Positions 9,406 to 21,117 of a stretch of DNA of 64,000 bases are shown here, piece by piece. The translations under genes and the position numbers were made by a program. The DNA lies in NCBI GenBank assembly GCA_002104905.1, contig MCFE01000017.1, positions 1-64,000 of the forward strand, in the 5' to 3' direction. The stretch comes from Basidiobolus meristosporus CBS 931.73 (lineage: Eukaryota; Fungi; Basidiobolomycota). Below the pieces are notes generated by a model. That model was not told where the DNA came from. It saw only the letters and a list, made by a program, of their open reading frames with translations, and made no database searches. How positions within the stretch are numbered: position 1 is the first letter of the stretch; the number at the start of each line of letters is the position of its first letter.

Positions 9406-10752
9406 ATGTCCAAATTCCTGCCTTTGTACCCAATCTACCCCCCATCCTCAGTAGTTTTCAGTGACATCTTCGCTACTCGGGCTTTTACTATGGTGAGCGA
9501 AAGAGGGACCAACGATTTCCAATCTCCCATGATGGATTCCGTATTAAATCACCTAACTTGTTTTCAATGTCATCATGGTTTGAGGAATCCTATCACGTTG
9601 CCATGTGGTCACTCTGTATGTTCTGAGTGTCTCCCCACAAGCCACGAAAATTATCCTTGTGGATTTGTAACACCACAGCCCTGCCTTACTTGCCCATTTC
9701 CCAGTTGTTCTTTTCAGTACCCGAGCTTGTCCGGAGTTAAATTGGACGTTACACTTGCGAACATCTCTCAGATCTGTTTGCAAGAGATTCCTCAGCCACA
9801 GGCTCAGAAGCCCATAGATAGCGATTCCTCCAGTCCAAACCCTGAATTACCAACCCTCGCCACCATACTGCAACCAGAGTTTGAATGCCAGATCTGTTAT
9901 AGGATTTTATTTGAGCCATTGACGACCTCCTGTGGGCACACCTTCTGTAAAGAATGTCTCCTGCGAACCACGGATCACTCTAGTCGGTGCCCCACTTGCC
10001 GTAATGCCATATCTTTCTCCCAAGTTCGGGACCAGCAAACCAACCACGCCCTAAGTCGTTTGGTGGAACTCTTGTTTCCTAAATCACTTTACCAACGTAA
10101 GGTTCTTCCAGCTGAGGTAACAGAAGAGAACGAAGCTGTCCCCATCTTGACAGGCGGGTTGGTATTTCCTGACATCACCTATTCGCTTCACATCTTTCAA
10201 CCGGCACATCGTCTTCTGATCAGAAGATGTTTGTTGACGACAAAAAAGCATTTCGGCATAGTCACTCGAGGTAGCTCAAATGCGTTAGCGGAGTATGGCA
10301 CGCTGGTTCAAATCATAGCATCACAGCCACTTCCTGATGGAAGGTTTTTGATTCAAGTGAAGGGGCTCCATAAACTCAGGATATTGGAGTCCAAGAATCT
10401 CGATGGCTATCATTCAGCGCGCGTGGATTTGGTCGAGGATGCCGCCCTGGTGTCAGAGAAGGAGGTGGAGTGCAGCTCGACTGAGGATATGATATTGGCT
10501 ATCAAGGCATTCGTCAACTCGATAGGCAAAAGCCATCCGCAACTGCTGGCTAGATTGAATCAGCTGTACGGGCCCCCGCCACAGGCAATGATCCCGTTTT
10601 CACATTGGGCATCTTGTGTAATCCCCATTGACGATCAAGAGAAGTACAAGTTGCTCTGTGTGGACAGCGCTAACTTACGTCTATTGATGATAGTGCGCTG
10701 GATCGAAACTACTCGGAAGCGATGGGGATTTGTTGGTTGCCCTGTGATGTGA
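9406..10752 (+). CDS. crgA: CrgA/LONRF-like E3 ubiquitin ligase 1 (RING + RING + LON N-terminal substrate-binding domain, C-terminal CaaX); intronless; start uncertain
   Basis: C3HC4 RINGs CFQC..PITLPCGHSVCSEC..CPFPSC and CQIC..EPLTTSCGHTFCKECL..CPTC. LON domain VFPxxxxxLHIFQPxHRLLIRRCL..GR. Ends in CPVM. Confidence 0.85.
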   Translation: MSKFLPLYPIYPPSSVVFSDIFATRAFTMVSERGTNDFQSPMMDSVLNHLTCFQCHHGLRNPITLPCGHSVCSECLPTSHENYPCGFVTPQPCLTCPFPSCSFQYPSLSGVKLDVTLANISQICLQEIPQPQAQKPIDSDSSSPNPELPTLATILQPEFECQICYRILFEPLTTSCGHTFCKECLLRTTDHSSRCPTCRNAISFSQVRDQQTNHALSRLVELLFPKSLYQRKVLPAEVTEENEAVPILTGGLVFPDITYSLHIFQPAHRLLIRRCLLTTKKHFGIVTRGSSNALAEYGTLVQIIASQPLPDGRFLIQVKGLHKLRILESKNLDGYHSARVDLVEDAALVSEKEVECSSTEDMILAIKAFVNSIGKSHPQLLARLNQLYGPPPQAMIPFSHWASCVIPIDDQEKYKLLCVDSANLRLLMIVRWIETTRKRWGFVGCPVM

Positions 10753-10946
10753 CATTCTTGTTATCTATAATGTAAAACTAGACTTCTCTTTAATGCCATC
10801 ATTCAATCCTTGCGCCTGTCAAGCGTTATAGAGGTGCATTTAATGTATCACCACCACATACGCCGAAAAGCATTTTCGCACTAATTATGATGTTGATGTA
10901 ATATACAACATATAATATACATACAACCATGTATACCCTTTGCTGA

Positions 10947-11307
10947 GGAAGGAGCGACCATGCAAACGTAACCAGGTCTCTAGCGGAAGGAGCGGTGCTC
11001 ACAACAGGTCACGGGAGTGTTACGATCGATCGTATGTTAAGGAAGTAGGTTGATGAAGTGATTATTAAGAAAGTAGCAGAGACCATCAAGTCACAATCCC
11101 AGTAATCGACCATTCGCGACCATTATGTGCATACTGAATTAGGTAGTTTGTGAAATCAACTGTTTGGATAGGCATTGGTGATCGGTGGTTGCTAGGGATT
11201 AATGCGATGAACAGCGCACGCCTTTTATCTCCTGACTCGATCTGACATTCTGCTTATCGTACTGCATCCAACAAAATAACAAAGTAACGACTGCATGTTT
11301 CAGGATC
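10947..11307. promoter_or_regulatory. Promoter of crgA-like gene 2 with the perfect palindrome TACGATCGATCGTA, further GATC sites and short direct repeats
   Basis: Palindrome at 11021-11034. GATC at 11024, 11028, 11180, 11239 and 11304. GGAAGGAGCG at 10947 and 10985. CGACCATT at 11107 and 11117. Confidence 0.45.
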
Positions 11308-11397
11308 GTGGCTAGTGCTTGGCTTTAAAAAGTGCCTCTTGCCCGTCGGTGCGTCTAGCACTCTACTTGTTCATCCCCTCATATCCATTCCATTAAC

Positions 11398-12618
11398 ATG
11401 CTAGACCCACAAGGCGAGCTCGCTCTCACTTTCGATAATGTATTAAAGACGCTGACTTGTGGAAGTTGTAACAAACCATTTATTCACCCGGTCACCTTGG
11501 ACTGTGGCAATACGCTATGCTTAGCTTGTCTTCCAGAAACCCTGGACAGCTCATCGAAGCACTGCAATCCACACGGCACCCATGTGGATGTGACCCTGGC
11601 GAAGCTAACCAAGATATGTCTTGAGACCGAAATCAAGGCGCTCGAGCCAACTATATCCAACAGCGAAGAGTCACCAGAAACACGATTCTCCAAATTGTAT
11701 GACTTGCTCTCGCTTGAATTTGAATGCCAGATATGCTACCAGATATTCCACGAGCCTGTAACTACAGTATGCGGGCACACGTTCTGCTACGAGTGTCTCT
11801 TACGCACACACGACCACAACTCCAGTTGCCCCATGTGTAGGCACCAGCTGGATTATTCCGAAATAAGCCGATCATCCATCAACTTCACTCTGAGCAGGCT
11901 GGTGAGTTTGTGCTTACCCGAGGTAGTCCTGGAGCGAAAACGGCAACTTGACCAGAATGCCATGAACGAGCACAACGAGGTGCCACTCTTTGTGTGCTCC
12001 CTGGTTTTTCCCGGGATGCCTTGCCAGCTTCACATATTCGAGCCCAGGTACCGGCTAATGATCAGGAGGATCATGATGACCAGAACGCACCAATTTGGGA
12101 TGCTGCTTGCCGGGAAGAATGGGAAACCATTTGTTGAGTACGGGACGATGGTGAGGATTAAATCCATCGATGCCTTGCCTGACGGCAGGTCTCTGATCCA
12201 AACCATTGGCTTGTATCGATTCCGGGTATTGAATCATTCCAGTCACGATGGTTACTTCATTGGGGGAGTTGAGCGTATCTCCGATGATCCGGTTATTCCC
12301 GCCAATCCAACCCCGAATTCCACACAAGTCACCACCGTGGAAGAGATGGTGGACACGATAAAGTGCTTCATCAACACTCTAAGAAACGGGTCGGCGCCCT
12401 GGCTCTTGCAGCGATTAGACAAAACCTATGGAGCCATGCCAAGCCAGCCGGAGGAGTTTTCATATTGGGCGGCGAGTATCATCCCCATAGAGGAATACGA
12501 GAAATACAAGCTTCTTACCACCACCAACACAGAATTACGACTACGGATGATCCTCCACTGGACCCAACGATTCAAGGAGCAATGGTGGTTTTCGTGTGGC
12601 GGGTGTGCGACCATGTGA
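11398..12618 (+). CDS. crgA: CrgA/LONRF-like E3 ubiquitin ligase 2 (degenerate RING + RING + LON domain, C-terminal CaaX); intronless
   Basis: Second RING CQICYQIFHEPVTTVCGHTFCYECL..CPMC. LON domain VPLFVCSLVFPGMPCQLHIFEPRYRLMIRR. Ends in CATM. Clear paralog of the upstream gene. Confidence 0.88.
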   Translation: MLDPQGELALTFDNVLKTLTCGSCNKPFIHPVTLDCGNTLCLACLPETLDSSSKHCNPHGTHVDVTLAKLTKICLETEIKALEPTISNSEESPETRFSKLYDLLSLEFECQICYQIFHEPVTTVCGHTFCYECLLRTHDHNSSCPMCRHQLDYSEISRSSINFTLSRLVSLCLPEVVLERKRQLDQNAMNEHNEVPLFVCSLVFPGMPCQLHIFEPRYRLMIRRIMMTRTHQFGMLLAGKNGKPFVEYGTMVRIKSIDALPDGRSLIQTIGLYRFRVLNHSSHDGYFIGGVERISDDPVIPANPTPNSTQVTTVEEMVDTIKCFINTLRNGSAPWLLQRLDKTYGAMPSQPEEFSYWAASIIPIEEYEKYKLLTTTNTELRLRMILHWTQRFKEQWWFSCGGCATM

Positions 12619-12790
12619 GGATTTAATTGGATTTTTGCTTCTACATTGTGTTTATATTCATTCGGACTGCATTGTAAAGAGGGGTAGCTATTGATAGACT
12701 GATGCCGACGAGATGAGCGCATGTATGTTAGTATGTATTTACACCAAAAGATGATCAGCAGTATGTACACTAGCTAAATAAATGCTCGAT

Positions 12791-14398
12791 CTACTCTAAA
12801 CGCAGCATCTCCAGTGACTTGATGATTGTTTCCATAGTTTCTTTAACCACTTGGCGCTCTTCACCATACTCATACACGTCTTGAGGCGGAGAAGTGCAGA
12901 TGTCTGGTACGACTCGAAGCTTGCTTGGTTCTTCCGGTGATAGTTCACCTTGATCATTGGTTGTGAGTGGCTTCAAAAAGGGGTCCTGTTGATAGAGCTT
13001 CTGGTGGCGCATGGTTATATGCTCCAACTCTCTTAAAAAATCAAGCGATTGTTGCTGAATTGTTTGCGTGAGACGAGCGTTTTGGATGTTCTGAACAAGC
13101 AGGTTCCTATAATCGAGTTCCCCTGCGGTTGGTCCGGGGCAGTTCGGATGTGGTGTAGGCTCAGGTAGGTGGTCAAAACCGCCATTGGCGATTGATGTGG
13201 GATCGAGCCTGTTCTTTTTGCAATGTTCACAACGAGCAGAATTTCTGCCTTTTCTCTCGGCCTCCGTGGTGACCCTCTGCAGCTCCTCGGCCAAGCTATC
13301 CCGTTGTCGCGTGGTTTCTTCCAATTCAAGCGTGAGCATAATGCCATTCTCCTCCAACTCGATGAGATTCTCTTGGATCTTGGAAAGCTCCTCTTGAGTG
13401 TGGTGTAGATTTTCCATAACTAGTTCGATATCGGTTTCGCGCGCATACGAATAATTTCGCTGGGAAGAGAAATCAGTTCTGCCAGATAGGTGATTCCGCA
13501 CCTCCTCGTCCTCCAACGAAAATGGCGATTCGGTCAGAATTCTTTGGCCGTGTGCATCTAAGAACCAACTCTCCTGCGAATCGACCCTGAGGCTCGAGCC
13601 CTTGTTTGAAGGTGACAACAAAAGCTCGTTCACTGCCTCCGAATCTGTGAGCTCCCCTTCTGGCACCTCAAGCTGATCAGCCAATTGTTCATTCTTGGTC
13701 TGAAGCTCAAGGACCTTGTCGACCAATTGCTGATTTTCGTGGACCAGATTCATTATCTTCGAGCAGAACTTGTCGAGAGTGAATTTGGAGTCTGCAGTAT
13801 CCTCCTCTTCTGTCAGCTCTGTTTGAAATTGAAAGAAATCTGGGATCTGGGAGTGCAAGTGGCGTAGCAGATTGGTGGTTTCCTCATTAAGTTGCTGCAA
13901 ATGATCGATGTCTTGAACTGCTTCGACCAGCTGACTCTGAAGCGCCTTGATATACTGGCTTTTCTCATGAAGTTCCTCGGTCTCCTGTAATTGGAGTTGC
14001 GTCAGCCGAAGTTCAAGCTCCTCTTTTTTGTGACGCTCCTTGTCTGCCTCTCGTTTGTATCGCTCCTTCTCGAGGAGGGCTGATTGTAACGTCTTTTGCA
14101 CAAGTCCTCGTATGTCTAGCTCGGGTGCCGATTTCTTCTGCAGCTCACCTTTTAGCTGCTCTACTGTAGCACGACATTTCGACAATTCTTGAAAAAGACG
14201 TTCAACTTCTTCTGCGGTGTGAGGGGCGCCTGTACGAGTTGCAACTGCTAAATCTATACACTCAGAAGCAGAATGGTCGGGTGAGTTCAAACGAGAGAGC
14301 GAAGGAGTATTGCATTTCTTCTCTTTGGAGACCTGTTCCAGAGATGCAGAAGAGCTTGGCATAGAAGAGGGTGACTGTTCGGGCTCAGTTGATGTCAT
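12791..14398 (-). CDS. Long coiled-coil protein, weakly reminiscent of fungal Uds1/involucrin-repeat proteins; an upstream exon is possible
   Basis: 535-aa ORF with E/Q/K/L-rich heptads. The segment FTLDKFCSKIMNL resembles a motif I recall from Uds1-family proteins. Confidence 0.7.
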   Translation of the reverse strand: MTSTEPEQSPSSMPSSSASLEQVSKEKKCNTPSLSRLNSPDHSASECIDLAVATRTGAPHTAEEVERLFQELSKCRATVEQLKGELQKKSAPELDIRGLVQKTLQSALLEKERYKREADKERHKKEELELRLTQLQLQETEELHEKSQYIKALQSQLVEAVQDIDHLQQLNEETTNLLRHLHSQIPDFFQFQTELTEEEDTADSKFTLDKFCSKIMNLVHENQQLVDKVLELQTKNEQLADQLEVPEGELTDSEAVNELLLSPSNKGSSLRVDSQESWFLDAHGQRILTESPFSLEDEEVRNHLSGRTDFSSQRNYSYARETDIELVMENLHHTQEELSKIQENLIELEENGIMLTLELEETTRQRDSLAEELQRVTTEAERKGRNSARCEHCKKNRLDPTSIANGGFDHLPEPTPHPNCPGPTAGELDYRNLLVQNIQNARLTQTIQQQSLDFLRELEHITMRHQKLYQQDPFLKPLTTNDQGELSPEEPSKLRVVPDICTSPPQDVYEYGEERQVVKETMETIIKSLEMLRLE

Positions 14399-14904
14399 CA
14401 GAAGTTCATTACTGGTTCAAGAGAAAACACAAAGTGAGGAAGAAAATTTCCACCCATTTTCAACTGGGAAAAAATAAGCGATTTTCGGCGGTATGTAATA
14501 TATAATAGGTTCTTCATTCCCTTCCTGTATTCATAAATGATTCCATCACACAAGCAAACATCACCTCCAAAACCCATCTCACTCTCCCCCAAACCTCCTA
14601 TAGGACAATGCTAGGTAACACGGAGGCTATTCATGATTGGCCCACATTGACTGCTATAGACTAATATGGATCTGATGCTACAATCTGCAGGTGTTCAATA
14701 ATATCCAGGTGTTACACACAAACAGGCCAACAATAGTCTACCTCGGCCGTTGGATCAATCTGGGTTTCGAAATGCGAAATAAGGTAGTGTGCTCTCAACT
14801 TTATTGACTATGGACACATTGTCACGTTCTGAATATCGCTTGGCACAAAGGTGGGCATTAAATATACAATGAAGCAGTTTTGTGAACATAGAGGGAGATT
14901 CAAT

Positions 14905-15885
14905 TTAATCCAGCTCACCCGAGGAAAGGAATCCGACTTGCTCGTGTTTCTCTTCCACACTCCCGCTCTTGTTTCTCTTCCTGGTCACTATGCTTACAAA
15001 GATAGGTACTGCTGATATCAAGAATAGCTTCCCCATAAACCGAGAGTCCAGTATGTCCGATATGGATTCCACTTCGGAAAGCATCTGGCCTGCTTCGACC
15101 GTAACGAAAGTGTAGGGGAGGATCCCCAGCATACATGTTACGAAGAAAATCCATACAGGTACACCAACAAAAGGCGAGATGATATTAATGAGCCTATGTC
15201 CGAAAGTTTGTTAGTGGAGGCTTTACTCTGAATATGAATGCAAGAAGCCATACCAGTATGGTGAGAGAGGGAAGAGTCGGATGGTCAGTAGGTAGAGGAA
15301 CAAAGACGAGCGGTTACTCTCTATTTGGTAGCGAAAGCTTGCCAAATGGTTGGGTATGTACCGCTCTAAAATATCCCGGCCAGCTATATAAAACATATAA
15401 TAGCACATTGTCGAGCCTAAAGCGGCGAGGAAGCAAAGCAGCGGAAGACTGCTCATGCCGTAAAGTGCTCCGGCAATTAAATTCTACAAGAAAGACTTTG
15501 TTACAGAGAGTACCCAAAAAAGTTCGAGGACGCTTGAGTATACCATAAGAATAGAGCCAGGGACACAAAAGGTCTGTTTCCACAGGTATAGAAGTGAGAA
15601 AATAACCAGAATCCTGCACTGGCCCCCATTGGTCAGCATGTATTCTTTTAGCACTTCAACATCATATTTTGCATCCTTTAGTGTCGCAGGAACTCGCAGC
15701 CCCGGAATGTTTGTAATCAACAACAGAATGCACAGCACACTCAAGATGGCCAGACAAATTATGCTGGCAGCACGGACCAAGACGCTCTTGTTGAAATGCT
15801 GGTGGTTAGTAGCGGAAGGGAGGGCCGAACAACTCGACCCCGCTTCCAACTCATTGGAATTAACACGTTGCAATGCCCCATTCAT
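14905..15885 (-). CDS. VTT-domain / SNARE-associated Golgi protein (Tvp38/TMEM41 family), multi-exon
   Basis: Motifs LYLWKQTFCVPGS, AALGSTMCY, IRLFPLSPYW and GILPYTFV across three ORF pieces separated by short introns. Confidence 0.85.
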
Positions 15886-16641
15886 TTTACCGACAGTTGT
15901 TTGTTCTCGGAACTGTCGCAAAATTCTCAAGAGCAAACGGGCAACGGCCTAAAGCAAGAGAGCTACGTGCCAAATGAAATTGACAACTTCCCCGATAACC
16001 GCCTATTTAAGTATTTACAGGTTTTCAAATGGCATAATTATCCTTGTAACCTAATCTCAAAAAATTCATTGGGAAATATATCAAGCTTAGTGGAGGGAAG
16101 GCTAGCGCCTACTTGGAAACGCGATTACGGTTGGCTGAAACAATCACTGTTGGTGATAAACTGGTGAATTCTGGGCTTGTTCGCAAGAGAGTGATATTGA
16201 TCAAGGCTTTGAACATGCGACAGATACGAGTTTCACTGGCATAGTGGCGCGGCGTAGATTTCTAGATCTAACTGGCACACCAGGGAACTTTTAAATTAAA
16301 GAATCACGATATTACATTGTTTACGTAACAACCCATACTACGCACTGAACCAAGTTGATACGCGTTTGATTCCTTCTGTCTAGCTATGTCCCACCCAGCT
16401 CTCTACTTGGTGAGTGATAGCTGGCGGCTCCATAATCTGCATATTTAAGTGCAAATGCGAGTGATTGGCTTGCTTTCGAAAGGCAGAAAAAGTCACGTGA
16501 CAAGAGAGATGTTTATCGCGAAATTCCCTTACTGCCAAGTATAATATCCAAATTCGAATCACCCTGCCTGTGGTTGAGGTGTTTATGGTCACAACAAGAA
16601 GGGTATTGGGCTCAGTTTGTATATTCCATTGACAAGTGATA

Positions 16642-18553
16642 ATGAGCACGGAATCCGATAGAGTTTTACGCACTCGTGCCTCAAAAGTGGAGCCTTCCAC
16701 ACCTACGCCCAGTCGTAGCACCAATTTTACTGGTCCCTCAATGAACAACGGACATCCGATACAATCCATGCCGTTCGCCACAAACTATGCGACATTCATC
16801 AATAGCCCGATGGCCTCTACTCCTGGTCATCAGCAAACTCCAGTTGGGATGAACTCTACGCCCTCTGCGGCACTTCCCAACCTGACCCCTCGTTCCGCAA
16901 CTCAATTTATACCTTATAGTATCACTCCGACTTTTTCGGTGAATCAAAATCAAACACCTAGGTTAATGAAAACCCCTCGCGCTCCACTGATCACCCCTGG
17001 CTACATTCCTAGGACAATCTTCCCAACTAGCGCGCCTACTACCATAAGCTCAGGCAACAACATCCCAGGTAGATATAGCACGTATTCCTCACGTTTACGC
17101 GAAGGAGGCTCGAGTCTTATTGTTTCGGGTACTTTGGGGAGGCGTGTACTACGTGAGAAAGATGAAGATAGCGAGGAGGAGGAACTCGGATCTTTCTCAT
17201 CGAGTGCGAGCAAGGTGTGGAGTCGTAGACGGATCCACAAGCGACATATGAGCTAGTAAGTACAGATTAGTTTGATTGCAGATTAGATGTAATAGTAATT
17301 TCAACTAATTCTCCCAAACTTTGACTTCCAGCTCTACAGATCAACTTGAGGCGGTCGCCCAGGCTGAGGAGACACTAGTGCCTATCCGTTTGGACCTGGA
17401 CATTGATCATCAATACAAGTTGCGAGACGTGTTCTTATGGAATTTGAATGGTATGCTGCGTGTGTATGAGCTGAAAACACCATTGGCTGACTTCTTTATC
17501 GTAGAGTCGTTGTTAACACCCGAGAAATTTGCGGAGATCCTTTGTGACGAATTGGACATATCGGTCAGCGCCCACGGCAGTAATATCGTTAATTCCATCA
17601 AAGCGCAAATCCAACATTTCGAGACCGTGTTGGATCTGGATATCCCAAGCGAAGATGCCCGGGTGGTGATCAATGTAAGTTGGGGTTTCTTTGCGTCGCT
17701 GGTTTCCCGAACGTTGGATTAATCTCCCCCACTTGTAGCTTGATTTGCATGTTGGCCAGACTCACCTCAAGGACCAGTTCGAATGGGACCTCTACTCCGA
17801 CCTTTCCCCCACGACTTTCGCTAGACAGTTGACCAGTGACTTGGCGTTGGGAGGAGAGTTCGTCTCGTTGATAGCATTCGCCATCCAAGAACAGATTTAC
17901 CGCCATCGCCAAGAGCGAGTAAGCTACGCGGACGAAATGGAGGATTCGGATATGGCCCCTCCGCTAACCTCTGCATTCAGACCTATTGAGGATGCGGAGA
18001 ACTGGGCACCCAAACTTGAGATTCTCTCTGTTGAAGAGTTGGAGCGGATACTGATCGACAATGAGAGAAGTATCAGGTATGTGGGGATCTCCATTTTGTT
18101 CCTTCGGGTAATTCCTGATTTCCTTCCGATGTAGACGTCTGAGAAGAGATGCCTCGAGATTTGTCATCAATCGCCCTACCGAAATCAAGATGACCAGCAG
18201 AACCTCGTCACCTATGCCGAAAGCCAAGCCAAGATGTATGTATTGGACCCGTGATTTATGATCTGCCTACTAACGCCAGCAATCTAGTGTCAGAATACAA
18301 GACATCCCGCTTACCGGTCGAAGAACTTGAAACCTGGCGATGCCTGCATTGTGGTATTGAAGGAAGAAACACCCCACTGGTTCGACGTGGTCCAGATGGC
18401 TCCAAGGTTGGTTGCACAGTACTTCCCAGTCATCATTGCCGATTAACCTTCAACTGTTGTGTCCTCTAGACTCTTTGCAATGCGTGTGGTCTGGCTTGGC
18501 AAACCAGAGGGAAACTCCCCGAACATAGACTGAACATGTACCGGACTTCATGA
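16642..18553 (+). CDS. SFH1: SNF5-family RSC subunit Sfh1 with a C-terminal GATA-type zinc finger, multi-exon
   Basis: LVPIRLDLD, KLRDVFLWNLN, TPEKFAEILCDEL, LKDQFEWDL, FARQLTSDLALGGEF, ERSIRRLRR. After splicing, the C-terminus reads CLHC-x20-CNAC ([16 protein letters not shown]). Confidence 0.88.
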
Positions 18554-18845
18554 TCCTTGCAATATTGTCTGGGTTCAGTTAGTTTTACGTCGATATTTTT
18601 CTTTCCGTTTTCGATCTTTATCCTTAATCCATCTGCCTAGACCACCATCATTTCGTTTCATGTGGATGAAATGATTGATTGAATGGTGACTCCCATACAA
18701 ATGTAAATAAATCAAGATTCTTGAATCCCGAGTGGTGTGAATTTCTTGGTCACAGCTGTCACATCATTTCGCCCATCATATTCCCATGATTCCCTCGATA
18801 CCCGCTGCATATGGATCATAGGTGACTCGGACGTGAACTTGAACC

Positions 18846-19798
18846 ATGCCTCAACCCCTAGTACCACTACCGGTATTTCAAAAGTTGAGCGAGAAGGTCT
18901 CTCGAATCTTGGGTTTAAATCCCGGGAAGTTTACGTTGCAGGGTAGGTCGTATCAAATTCTGAGGCATTGCCGCTGCTGGTTAACAGACCTGTGGGTTTT
19001 CTTCTAGGCACCAACACCTATCTGGTTGGATCTGGGCAAGACAAGATCCTGATTGACACTGGGGGAGGTGAGCTACGCTATTCCGAAGCTTTAAGCGGCG
19101 CACTGAAAGAGCTTGGCAACGCACGTATAACCAGTATCGTGATAACTCACTGGCATCATGACCACGTCAAGGGCATCCCTAGCGTGCTGGACATATGCCG
19201 CCGACAACAAAGAGATGGCCTCGTTCCTGTGTACAAACGAGTCAATCCCGAGCGGGACGACACCGCAGTAAAGTTCGAGAACATCGAGGACGGACAAACC
19301 TTCTCCGTTGAGGGAGCCACACTCACCGCGTTCCATACACCTGGCCATACAACCGACCACTTTGTATTCAAATTAAACGAGGACGACTCGTTATTTGCAG
19401 GCGATAACGTGTTAGGCCAAGGAACCACTGTTTTCGAAAATTTAAACGATTATATGAATAGTCTCCAACGCATGTTGTCTTTGGAACCGAAAGTCATCTA
19501 TCCCGGACATGGACCCGTCATTAAAGAAGGAGCGGAGACCCTGAGAGAATACATAAGCCATCGGAAAGCGAGGGAGGACCAGATTTTGTCGTGTCTGAAG
19601 CGAATCCAAACCGATCCCAGCTACAAGGAGAAATATGTCCTCCCCTCCCATCTGGTGGAGAAGATCTACGCCGGATATCCTAAAGAGATCTTCCCTGCTG
19701 CCGAAAAGATATTAACGCTGCATCTGGAAAAGTTACTCTCGGATTCCCAGGTTGTGTATAGCCAGACAAACAATTCAAAGAAGTGGTCCCTAGCTTGA
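18846..19798 (+). CDS. LACTB2: Metallo-beta-lactamase-fold endoribonuclease, LACTB2-like, 2 exons (18846-18942, 19008-19798)
   Basis: Spliced RILGLNPGKFTLQGTNTYLVG, THWHHDH, HTPGHTTDH, FAGDNVLGQG, IYPGHGP, and a C-terminal winged-helix-like segment. Confidence 0.9.
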
Positions 19799-20343
19799 TG
19801 TCAACGAAGGAGCCCCAGTGGTACCTCGATCAGTTGCAATAAAAAGATATGGTGTCTCCACGTCTGCTCTCAACCAAATTGGTCATCACTGTTCGCAGCT
19901 TGGTTGGCAGTGGTAATCTGTGGTGAGCATTTAATTACTGGAAGATGAACAAGCCAAGTGTACATGACATCTCTATGTACAAAGTAAACACTCGTACACA
20001 ACTCATCGCTTGAATTCACATACGCTAAAGTATGGTTCTTTTTTCGTAGACTTTAATGTTCTATAGCACTGCTTCGTGATGCCTTGTAGTTGATGTAATG
20101 CCTATTCACATGGTAAGGGAATATCGAAGAAACTTGCGAAACCATACTGTGCAACTTTCGAGTGCATCACGGGAGCCACCTGTTGACAATAAGCTACCAC
20201 ACAATGTACGTCTTTCGGCTATGGCCTTGCAGAAACGAAGATACACACACTTACAAAGACTAGAATGATTAAAATAAAGCAAAATGAATGTGATATGGGA
20301 TGGAGCAAGATCAAGAGCTCGAGGTGCACTCAAACGCCCAACT

Positions 20344-21086
20344 TCACTTCGATCCATTCAGCATTCCACCACCTTGGTAATTTTGCAATTCCCGTAACTT
20401 CGATAACAACTCATTCACGGACTGATTGACATTTCCTGGTGCATTAGACACGGGTGCACTTATAGTGGGCCGAGACACGGAGCTAGTAACAGTGCCACTT
20501 ATAATCACTGAAGGAGACTCTGGCTCTCTCACATATGCTGGGCCATTACTAGTTCCATGTCCTTGATAATCCTCCCTATTGTTATCCATGTGCTGGCTTC
20601 TGTATGGTCCTCCAGAAACATTATTTCTTAACCGAGGGTCTGACAACGCAGGTCCTGGTCTATTACCACCACTTTGTATCCCAGTCGGAGCATAACTATT
20701 TTGTCCTGGTTGGTTCGGACTTCCACTCATGTACTGTTGCTCTTGAGTTCTCACTGATGTGTTTGGACCAGAGCTCCCCCTCAATCGAGGGTCTGCCTGC
20801 TGCTGTGTAGTTAACACTGACTGTGCACTATATGGAGTGATTGAACTACTACTTTGCGTGCTCGATGAGCTTGTCACTGGTTGCCCTGGTTGATTGGAAG
20901 TCATATAAGAGGTGGCCTGGTGTGGCTCATAAGTGTGAGTAGATACACTGGCTGTTGCTCCACGAAGGCGTGGATCAACAATGGGTGGAGAGGTTGACGA
21001 TATATTGGAGCTTACCCCTTGCGAGACACCACTGTTAGAATTGGCTGGAGTCAAGTTCTGGTTAAATGGTGCCTGTGGGGCAGGTT

Positions 21087-21117
<31 letters not shown>

